NCBI GenBank assembly: GCA_001824825.1
Contig: MHTK01000004.1
Coordinates: forward strand, 1 to 61,503
From: Candidatus Vogelbacteria bacterium RIFOXYD1_FULL_46_19
GTDB taxonomy: Bacteria; Patescibacteriota; Minisyncoccia; Phycocordibacterales; XYD1-FULL-46-19
DNA length: 61,503 nt
Direction: 5' to 3'
The number at the start of each line of letters is the position of its first letter. The stretch's first letter is position 1. A program made the position numbers and the translations under genes. The notes under the pieces were generated by a model that did no database searches, was not told the DNA's origin, and was given only the letters and a program-made list of their open reading frames with translations. Positions 54,698-61,503 of the stretch are shown one piece after another.

Positions 54698-54850
54698 TGC
54701 GGAGGATGAGGGATTTGATTCCTACAGAATCTGTTCAGGTTGACGATATTTTTCTTCTCTAATTCGAAAAATATCAGGCAACCTTTTCTAATCCCTCCTT
54801 CCGCTTGGCGGAACCGCCCCACAGGCGGCCTCCGCAAAAAAGCTTGCGGA
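54698..54850 (-). repeat. Class-A mini-element tailored to a tRNA-Ser but with no tRNA beside it
   Basis: Minus strand: TCCGCA-hairpin-TGCGGAGG[hairpin]GGAGGGATTAGAA, AGGTTG..CAACCT, GATTCT-GTA-GGAATC, AAATCCCTCATCCTCCGCA. Confidence 0.8.
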
Positions 54851-55005
54851 TCTCGCTTTTTGGCGGTGACGATGTCCCGAAGTTAGAACCCATTAGGACG
54901 CTACACTTCAGTCGTGTCGATAAAATTGTAAGGGATTTACGCCGATTATACAAGGAGAATCCTAGCTATTTTGACGTTCCGGCTTTCGCCCAGAAGATTT
55001 ATTAG
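54844..55005 (+). CDS. att-adjacent small ORF (GGDDVPKLE family), TTG start in the integrated state
   Basis: Ungapped similarity to 33280..33486. Confidence 0.5.
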   Translation: MRISLFGGDDVPKLEPIRTLHFSRVDKIVRDLRRLYKENPSYFDVPAFAQKIY

Positions 55006-55038
55006 AATTTCCTTATCCACAATAACGATAAATAGATA

Positions 55039-55067
55039 TTGACAAACGATAAGGGCTAGATTAAGAT
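55039..55067 (+). promoter_or_regulatory. Sigma70-type promoter
   Basis: TTGACA-17 bp-TAAGAT directly before the 55074 operon. Confidence 0.7.
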
Positions 55068-55073
55068 GAATAT

Positions 55074-55430
55074 ATGAATATTTCAAGAACAAAATTCGTT
55101 ATTCTCTTCATCATTTCTGGGTTCGCTTTTATGTTTATCACCAGCACGCTTTTGGGGTCAACAGGCCCCCGAGTATTCCCTAAGCACCCAGACTCTTTCT
55201 TGGGAACAGCGTCACCAATAGCCTGGAAGAATACCGTATCCACAATTATATCGCCTATTAAAGTTGTTTTAATAGGACCTTTGTTGCTTTCTACCGATTT
55301 TTTGCGGGATGATCCTCCACCCCCATTTATTGGTATCTATCTTATTTTCTACTGGACGATTCTTGCCTCAATTATTCATTATCTCCTCCGCAAAATAAAC
55401 ATTCTTAAAACTACAAAAAATAATTTATAA
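55074..55430 (+). CDS. Hypothetical membrane protein
   Basis: Three hydrophobic segments. Confidence 0.65.
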   Translation: MNISRTKFVILFIISGFAFMFITSTLLGSTGPRVFPKHPDSFLGTASPIAWKNTVSTIISPIKVVLIGPLLLSTDFLRDDPPPPFIGIYLIFYWTILASIIHYLLRKINILKTTKNNL

Positions 55431-55439
55431 GAATCACCT

Positions 55440-55922
55440 ATGAAAAAAAGCTCAACAGTATTTCTTCAAGTAGTCATCGTGCTCATCGGCATCGTGGCAC
55501 TAGCCATTATGATTCGGTTTCCCCAAACCGAAGGGAGGGCCGCAAACTTAGACCTGTTCAGTATTTATGCCGATCCATTCATTGTGTATATGTACCTCGC
55601 GTCTATTGCATTTTTTGTTGCGCTGTATCAGGCATTTAAACTGCTCGGGTACATTGGAAAAAACAGGGTGTTCTCGCAAGCGTCCGTGAACGCATTGCGT
55701 GCAATAAAATACTGCGCAATGATACTCATCGGTTTTTTTGTGGGGGCAGAAGGCTACATCAATATTGTCTCGCGCAAAGCAGGGGAGGATATTGCCGGCG
55801 GAGTGATGATGGGAGTTATCTTGATCTTTATCTCTGCTGTGGTAGCCACTGCGGCGGCGGTGTTTGAGAAAACGTTGCAAAGTGCCGTCGATATCAAGTC
55901 CGAGAACGACTTAACCGTTTAA
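55440..55922 (+). CDS. DUF2975-domain membrane protein
   Basis: LYQAFKLL..FSQASVNALRAIKYC..VFEKTLQSAVDIKSENDLTV. Confidence 0.9.
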   Translation: MKKSSTVFLQVVIVLIGIVALAIMIRFPQTEGRAANLDLFSIYADPFIVYMYLASIAFFVALYQAFKLLGYIGKNRVFSQASVNALRAIKYCAMILIGFFVGAEGYINIVSRKAGEDIAGGVMMGVILIFISAVVATAAAVFEKTLQSAVDIKSENDLTV

Positions 55923-55926
55923 TGCT

Positions 55927-56130
55927 ATGGCAATCATCATAAACATCGATGTCATGTTGGCGAAGCGGAAGATGAGCGTCACCGAGCTCGCCGAGAAAGT
56001 CGGCATCACAATGGCTAATATTTCTGTATTGAAAAACAGCAAGGCAAAAGCAATTCGCCTCTCAACGTTGGAGGCAATTTGCAAAGCTTTAGAGTGTCAG
56101 CCCGGAGATATTTTGGAGTATAAGAAGTAA
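55927..56130 (+). CDS. Cro/C1-type HTH regulator (YozG-like)
   Basis: IINIDVMLAKRKMSVTELAEKVGITMANISVLKNSKAKAIRLSTLEAICKALECQPGDILEY. Confidence 0.93.
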   Translation: MAIIINIDVMLAKRKMSVTELAEKVGITMANISVLKNSKAKAIRLSTLEAICKALECQPGDILEYKK

Positions 56131-56170
56131 AAGAAAATCCGGTCTTACATAAGCCGGATTTTCTTTTACT
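56126..56170. terminator. Bidirectional terminator between the DUF2975 operon and the lysis cassette
   Basis: AGTAAAAGAAAATCCGG ... CCGGATTTTCTTTTACT. Confidence 0.8.
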
Positions 56171-56178
56171 TAAGAGGA

Positions 56179-56388
56179 TTATTCCTCTCCTCGGGCATCC
56201 TCTATCAATCTCTGTTCTTTGAGGTATCTGGTCACTGAATACCACCCCGCATTGATCACTGGGATCAGTAACGCCCAACGAGGGTCGTTCTCGGCATAGG
56301 CGATCAGTATCGGCAGGATTGCTGATACTGCGGAGTAAAAGAACACGATCGCAAGGTGCTTCAGAGCTTCTTTTTGAGGTGTTGTCAT
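56179..56388 (-). CDS. Putative holin (2 TM, charged C-terminus)
   Basis: Directly downstream of the amidase. Confidence 0.55.
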   Translation of the reverse strand: MTTPQKEALKHLAIVFFYSAVSAILPILIAYAENDPRWALLIPVINAGWYSVTRYLKEQRLIEDARGEE

Positions 56389-56393
56389 AGTGG

Positions 56394-56960
56394 TTAAAAT
56401 GATCGCTTAATAATTGCCAATCCTTCCTCGATTTTCCTCACACCGTCCTCGATAGAGGGATTGGTCGTTTGTTGGCCGGCAAGTGCGACCAGCTCGTCGA
56501 GGATCGCCTTGTTGATTGCTGGACAGTTTGGTTTCTTTGAGAAGATCTCAAAGTGGCCAACGATGTGATTCCGGTCGATTGGAATCTGCCATCGCTGGCA
56601 AATTTCTCGAATCAGGGTTGCACTTGATTGCTTCATGGCATCAGTCCACACGTCGTTCGGTTTACCCTCATGTTCAATCCCGACCGTGTACAGGTTTGGA
56701 TTGACGTTCGGTTTTATGAGCTTCCATAGAGGCGCATCGACACGACCGGCGTGCCAGGCGGCATCGTTTTCTTGCACATACTGGTGGACTTCACCGGTTT
56801 TCCCGATTCCGTAATGTGCGCTTACTTGTGATGATGGATTCGCAAACCACGAATCGGTGCCAATGAGCGTTCCATCCATGATGTGGATGACGATGCCCTC
56901 CGGTCGGTAACCTTTGCGACCACTCCAGAAGTTAGGAGACTTTTTTTGAATGATGTTCAT
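56394..56960 (-). CDS. N-acetylmuramoyl-L-alanine amidase (Amidase_2), probable endolysin
   Basis: IVIHI, SAHYGIG, AWHAG, VGIEHE, IVGHFE, KPNCP. Confidence 0.92.
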   Translation of the reverse strand: MNIIQKKSPNFWSGRKGYRPEGIVIHIMDGTLIGTDSWFANPSSQVSAHYGIGKTGEVHQYVQENDAAWHAGRVDAPLWKLIKPNVNPNLYTVGIEHEGKPNDVWTDAMKQSSATLIREICQRWQIPIDRNHIVGHFEIFSKKPNCPAINKAILDELVALAGQQTTNPSIEDGVRKIEEGLAIIKRSF

Positions 56961-56964
56961 AATC

Positions 56965-57192
56965 TTATTTGTTAATTGTTAGTAGTAAGTTAATGACTGC
57001 AGTGATCAAACCTCCCACCGATGCGGTGGCAACAATCCAGAAGAATCGTTTGACCCAATCGACATCCGTACCGACCTTGGTTAGTTCGATCTGTATGTGT
57101 GGCAGATGATTGTCTTTGATTTCATTCACCGTCTTTTCAACACGGTCGAGACGCTCATCTTGCATTCGGTTTTGATACTCTGATCTTTCCAT
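56965..57192 (-). CDS. Small coiled-coil plus C-terminal TM protein (XhlA/holin-like)
   Basis: True start MERSEYQ at 57192; NHLPHIQ..DVDWVKRFFWIVATASVGGLITAVINLLL. Confidence 0.65.
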   Translation of the reverse strand: MERSEYQNRMQDERLDRVEKTVNEIKDNHLPHIQIELTKVGTDVDWVKRFFWIVATASVGGLITAVINLLLTINK

Positions 57193-57196
57193 ATGA

Positions 57197-60010
57197 TTAT
57201 TTCGGCACGTACACCGAGTCGAACCTATTGATGAGACCTCTGCTTTCCAGTGTTTCCTCAAGACTGTCTTGCATCTCTCGATCTCGCCAGAATTTCTCCT
57301 TTTCCATGTCGACCGATCTCGCTTTCGCCCCGACAATTCCATATAGGAATTTCACAACACCGGCAGTCTTATCATCGGTAAGTTTGCCGGCCGTAGTGTA
57401 GAAGCGTCCGAGAGCGGTGTTTAGGAAGTGGAGTTTGTAAGCGTTGGCTCGATAGCTCACGATTCCGTTTTTGTTCGTGTGCTCTGATACTTCCATCCAG
57501 TCTCGCAGTCCGGGGATTGAATTGATGAATGGATAGACTCGGCTGTTTTCTTTGATCGGCTCGCCCATGAAGAGGTTTTGTCCGGTGGCCGCTTCAATCG
57601 GATATTTCAGGATCGGTGACAGTTCACCCACGAAGCTCGCTAGTGTTCGTTGAGGACTTCCTTTATAGAGTCGGTTGATGTCCTCGACCGGCAGACCGAG
57701 ACCGTAGAGATATTGCGAGAATCCCTCTTTCTCACCGAGTCGGACTGGCAATCCCTCTCGCATGTATGGTGGCAAGTATTGGAATTCCTCTTTCGCTTTT
57801 TCCTTATCGACTTGAAGGTTGTCTACAAGCTTGCCGATGGCGGCGTATTTACCGGGCTGTTTTGCCATTTGCTCAAGTTGGAGAGGGATATTGCCACGAG
57901 TCCATCGGTAGAACGGCATGAGTCGCTTCATTACGTTTTGTTCAAACTTCGCAAGACCCTCTGGTGCATAGTCGAAGTGAAATTGGAATACTGCCTTGGC
58001 GGCATCCTCCGGTGCGTCACCTTTTATCAAACGATCCAAGAAGAGTGGTAGACGCAGACGGTTTTCAGTGATCTCCATCGCACCTTTCGGGAGATCCATC
58101 AGTTTCCCAACAGGACTTTTTCCTATGTCTTTCTCGACCTCACGCATCACATCCAAGTAGCCGGGCTGGCCAACGACTCCCAGTTTTTCAGTCATCTCTT
58201 TTATTTGTTGGTAGGTGTACTTGGTACCTAGTTTTGTTGTTATTGAACCTTTCATACCCCGAGCGATCTGATCGCCTTGGAGGTATCGTGCCGGATTTTT
58301 CACACCGGCTATAAAGTTGTTGAAAATTCCACCGATTGAGTTGCGAACATGGAAAGCTGGAAACCAGCCGGTTACTGATCCCTTCCAGAAATTGAGAGCT
58401 TTATCGTAGAGCTTTAGGAATCCCTTAGTTGCTTCATCATTCGTGAGCACCTTATATGTTTCCTCGACATGCTTCACGATCTGTTCAGGCAAAAGCACTC
58501 CCTTTAATTGAGGCACGGTGCTTTCAACGTACCGAATGCCGTTCTCAAAGATTGGCTTTACTGTCTCTCTGGTCATCATCTTTCCGGTTACAGGATTCCT
58601 TATTTCTTTCGTGATGACTTCGCCTTGCTTGCCGAATTGCTTTCCAGCTTCAGTTAAAAAGTCGTAGGTGTTTACAGCTCTGATATGCTCGGCTTTGCGT
58701 GCGCCGAATGCTTTAAATGCATCCTGCTCAAACAGTCTCACTCCGTGAGTTCTTCGGAAGTATTTATTGATATTGTCGACTGTGTCGTCGAGGGTTCGAG
58801 ACTTTGCAAACGGTGTGCTTACTCGCATCTTTCCTGTTAGCTCGTCAGCGACATCACTATTCTTTTGCAAAAAGTCACGGCCTTCCGGTGTCAGATAGTG
58901 GCGTAAGTAATCCGGTAGCTCGGTATGGAGTAGACCCTTTTCTTTTTCAATATTTGCAAATCGTTTATGCTCGCCCTGAATGTGACTAATAATGTTGTCG
59001 ATCGCACCGCTTCCTTTGGTAGCGATTTGCTCGACTCCGTCGGCCGCCTTTGCAGGAAGATCGGCCATTCCCTCGATCAGTCGGCCGACTCTGGTGCCAG
59101 CATCTTTGCCAAGTTCTTTTCTTGCTGTTTTACCGAGATCGATTGCTTCGTCAGCGGCCTTACCGACTTCGGACCGGGTTGCTTTGGTGAATTGAGAAAA
59201 CTTGTCGACATACTCCTCACCGATACGTCCCGGCAGGTCTTTGATGCTTTTAAATGGTACAAATGCTTTGCCAGCGAGGTCTTTTGCACTTTCATACATT
59301 TTGCCGACGACAGGTGTCTTTTCTACGAGCCAGTCTGCGGCCTTGAATGGTGCGGTGACAGCCGATCGTGGAAGCACTTGTTGACCGGCAAATTTTAGAC
59401 CTCCTTTGGCAAGATACCTTTCGCCCCCTTCCGCAAGAATCTTTTCTGCCAATGCTTTCCGGGCGGCTGTCTCACCGACTTCCTGTATAGACTTTTTGAG
59501 GAGTGACGTTCCGGATTTACTGAGCACGACCGTCCCGGCTTTGGTTGCGAGTTTTGCACCGGCCCCATAGCCGAATGTTAAGTACGTTGTCGGATCAAGC
59601 AGGACGTCTGCGATAAAACCACCGACTTTGCTCTTGATTCCGAGTGCTTCAGACGGCTGTATGTGTTCTTGGATTCCGGCTTTGATTCCTTTTCCGCTTA
59701 TAAGGCCTCCGACAGCATACCCACCAGTATTGAGTACGTGGAGGATTCTTTGCAGAGTTGATGCTTTCGGTTGAGTGGAGGATACATCGAGATTATTTTG
59801 CAAGGCAAAGTCTCGCAACCCCTCGACAGTGGTCACGTTTGGTTTACCGGCCGGTTTCTCAACCTCGGTCGTTACATATTTCCCCTCGGCATTCTTTTGA
59901 TACTGCACGACGTTACCGGGAGCGGGTGCAGACTTTGGGAGTGGAGGAGAGACCGGTGCAGAACCGGTGTTTATGTACTTTCCAGTTTTTGGGTCTTTGA
60001 TGTAGGCCAT
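57197..60010 (-). CDS. Large phage virion-associated protein (internal/ejection-like; LPD38-like C-terminus suspected)
   Basis: 937 aa, Ala/Gly/Lys-rich; FHFDY..FEQNVMKRLMPFYRWTRGNIPLQ; located between the LysM gene and lysis genes. Confidence 0.55.
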   Translation of the reverse strand: MAYIKDPKTGKYINTGSAPVSPPLPKSAPAPGNVVQYQKNAEGKYVTTEVEKPAGKPNVTTVEGLRDFALQNNLDVSSTQPKASTLQRILHVLNTGGYAVGGLISGKGIKAGIQEHIQPSEALGIKSKVGGFIADVLLDPTTYLTFGYGAGAKLATKAGTVVLSKSGTSLLKKSIQEVGETAARKALAEKILAEGGERYLAKGGLKFAGQQVLPRSAVTAPFKAADWLVEKTPVVGKMYESAKDLAGKAFVPFKSIKDLPGRIGEEYVDKFSQFTKATRSEVGKAADEAIDLGKTARKELGKDAGTRVGRLIEGMADLPAKAADGVEQIATKGSGAIDNIISHIQGEHKRFANIEKEKGLLHTELPDYLRHYLTPEGRDFLQKNSDVADELTGKMRVSTPFAKSRTLDDTVDNINKYFRRTHGVRLFEQDAFKAFGARKAEHIRAVNTYDFLTEAGKQFGKQGEVITKEIRNPVTGKMMTRETVKPIFENGIRYVESTVPQLKGVLLPEQIVKHVEETYKVLTNDEATKGFLKLYDKALNFWKGSVTGWFPAFHVRNSIGGIFNNFIAGVKNPARYLQGDQIARGMKGSITTKLGTKYTYQQIKEMTEKLGVVGQPGYLDVMREVEKDIGKSPVGKLMDLPKGAMEITENRLRLPLFLDRLIKGDAPEDAAKAVFQFHFDYAPEGLAKFEQNVMKRLMPFYRWTRGNIPLQLEQMAKQPGKYAAIGKLVDNLQVDKEKAKEEFQYLPPYMREGLPVRLGEKEGFSQYLYGLGLPVEDINRLYKGSPQRTLASFVGELSPILKYPIEAATGQNLFMGEPIKENSRVYPFINSIPGLRDWMEVSEHTNKNGIVSYRANAYKLHFLNTALGRFYTTAGKLTDDKTAGVVKFLYGIVGAKARSVDMEKEKFWRDREMQDSLEETLESRGLINRFDSVYVPK

Positions 60011-60016
60011 AGCGTT

Positions 60017-61354
60017 TTAATTTCCGATACCGAAGAGACCCTTCAAGAAGCTCTTGCCGGTGTTGTATCCGGACTTCGCGAGGTTCGGTATCTGTTGTGT
60101 GAATACGTCTTTGACCCCAGCACCGAAGTCTTGAGCGGTTATTCTTGGTTGACCTGATTTCAAAGCTTGAGCGGCGGCCGCATCCGCTTGCTGTTGAGCA
60201 TTTGCTTCAGCGATGATCTGATCTCGTTTCTGCAGGACTTGGGCCCGGATGTTTTGCGGTACATTGCTTGCGGTAAAGTTCGGATTATTAAGAAGTTCGA
60301 GTGCGTAAGCTTCTATGTCGCTCGATGAACCTCCTCCATCTGATCCGCTACCTGACTTTGCGCCGACTACTTTTGTGCCAGCAATGTCATGCACTGTTCC
60401 GGCTGGGGTGCTGTTGGAAAGGTTTGCGAGTTGAATTGCTCGATTGATCACATCTTGAGCGTCTTTCTTTTCCTGCTCTTTGCCGTACTTGGATGCTTCG
60501 ACGATGTTTGCAACATCTTTTTCTGAAGCACCGAATACTTGTTTCAAGATGTCCCCGAGGACGCTGTATTGGTCTTTCTGGAATCCAAGTGTTTTTTCTG
60601 CGACCGTGAGTGGCAATGTAGAATCCTCGTACTGCATGCCGGCCGCATCTTTGGCAGATGAATCTGCAACCCCGAGCTTATCGGCCAGTCGATTTCTTTC
60701 GTTGAGAAGTTTTCGGTATTCGTCTATGAGTGGTTGCTTTTCTGAAGCGACAAGTCTTTGAGTTTGACTCTCGGTTACGAGACCGCCACCCTTTACCATT
60801 CGATTGCGGATGTCTTTCTCTGAATCATCGATCGCAAGTTCCATCGATGCCAAGCGATCATCTAAACTCAAAAGATTTTTCTGCATCACATCTACACCAC
60901 GCTTCACCTTTTCTTGCTCATAAATGTCTGCTTTTTTAGGCAGATTTTTGAGTGATTCGAGGTAGGAAGTCTGGCTATCCTGCATGCTTTTGAGGGCAGA
61001 ATCGAGACCGAGTTCGGATCGGTACTTTGTGAGCAAACTGGTCGAAGAAGGCACTTCAGCGCCATACAGGGTGCTTTTCTGGGGTACACCGCTCGCCCCC
61101 GGGCTCGAAATTTGGTCAACGCGCTGGGTTACGGGCGAAGAAGGTGTTACGGGTGCAGGAGGAGTTGGAACGCTCGCCTTAGGGGCAACAACGGGTGAAG
61201 TCGGTGCTCCGGGCAAGTTCAGGCTCGAACCGGCGTATATCAGGTTCGGATTCTTGATACTTGGATTCGCTTTCAGCAGGGCGTCGATCGACGTTCCTTG
61301 CTGTCTGGCGATTCCCGATAGGGTCTGACCTTTTTGTATTGTTATTGTTGCCAT
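60017..61354 (-). CDS. LysM-domain phage virion protein
   Basis: ITIQKGQTLSGIARQQG..LLKANPSIKNPNLIYAGSSLNLP, then Pro-rich and coiled-coil regions. Confidence 0.85.
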   Translation of the reverse strand: MATITIQKGQTLSGIARQQGTSIDALLKANPSIKNPNLIYAGSSLNLPGAPTSPVVAPKASVPTPPAPVTPSSPVTQRVDQISSPGASGVPQKSTLYGAEVPSSTSLLTKYRSELGLDSALKSMQDSQTSYLESLKNLPKKADIYEQEKVKRGVDVMQKNLLSLDDRLASMELAIDDSEKDIRNRMVKGGGLVTESQTQRLVASEKQPLIDEYRKLLNERNRLADKLGVADSSAKDAAGMQYEDSTLPLTVAEKTLGFQKDQYSVLGDILKQVFGASEKDVANIVEASKYGKEQEKKDAQDVINRAIQLANLSNSTPAGTVHDIAGTKVVGAKSGSGSDGGGSSSDIEAYALELLNNPNFTASNVPQNIRAQVLQKRDQIIAEANAQQQADAAAAQALKSGQPRITAQDFGAGVKDVFTQQIPNLAKSGYNTGKSFLKGLFGIGN

Positions 61355-61360
61355 AAGTTT

Positions 61361-61503
61361 TTAAGTAAGTGTTGCGTACCTCCACGCTCCGTTAAAAAAT
61401 ACGTAGAACCGTCGCGTACCACCGTTCTCGTACAACGCAAAGCTGATCTGGTATCCCGGTGTCTCAGTCGGCACGCTGTTCAAGATTGGAATGTCACGCA
61501 GAA
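61361..61503 (-). CDS. C-terminal end of a phage protein (partial)
   Basis: Manual translation ...LRDIPILNSVPTETPGYQISFALYENGGTRRFYVFFNGAWRYATLT*. Confidence 0.6.
   Translation of the reverse strand, partial: LRDIPILNSVPTETPGYQISFALYENGGTRRFYVFFNGAWRYATLT

Larger units (their letters stand above)
54845..61503. mobile_element. Prophage (lysis and virion module end), continues beyond the window
   Basis: Amidase endolysin flanked by small TM proteins, LysM protein and a large virion-like protein, all co-oriented; tRNA-Ser-like remnant at the left border. Confidence 0.75.

Noticed and set aside
570-61385. Numerous 60-160 aa antisense or alternate-frame ORFs inside housekeeping and phage genes
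   Set aside because: Shadow ORFs of well-supported genes, with no recognisable motifs.
1-61503. Alternative genetic code (TGA=Gly as in Gracilibacteria/Absconditabacteria)
   Set aside because: hisS, pth, lepA and ftsA-region genes end at expected lengths, and conserved genes show no in-frame TGA under code 11.

Overview
Chromosomal window from a small-genome Patescibacteria (CPR, Parcubacteria-like) bacterium. The lineage call is inferred from a compact IF2 and ValRS, a tandem T4SS-type pilin array and AT-rich leaders lacking Shine-Dalgarno motifs; the standard bacterial code is used. Housekeeping genes: clp 5' end, sodA, iscS, infB, rbfA, gyrA, rpsA, pth, lepB, hisS, rpsU, ftsA, ftsZ, trxB, tsaD, valS, lepA, murJ, nrdJ and dsbA/VKOR. 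RNA genes: 11 tRNAs and an RNase P RNA of about 580 nt. Mobile DNA: an integrase-less defence island after tRNA-Ser(CGA) (~29.0-33.5 kb) and the lysis/virion end of a prophage (~54.8 kb to the window end). Main unexplained signal: 8 of the 11 tRNAs are followed by ~100-150 bp mini-elements with the layout [antisense copy of that tRNA's own 3' end] - [conserved, covarying hairpin core] - [sense copy of the same 3' end]. One further unit, tailored to a tRNA-Ser, is stranded at the prophage border. Second signal: both tRNA-Ser-associated elements carry a homologous 53-68 aa ORF at their distal end that would gain an ATG from the opposite arm when the two ends are joined. Other oddities are short palindromes at the truncation points of duplicated 5' fragments of tRNA-Lys and tsaD, and twin P3/P19 helices plus a 140-bp terminal-inverted-repeat insert in RNase P RNA. 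All calls come from reading the sequence by eye; no database searches were run.
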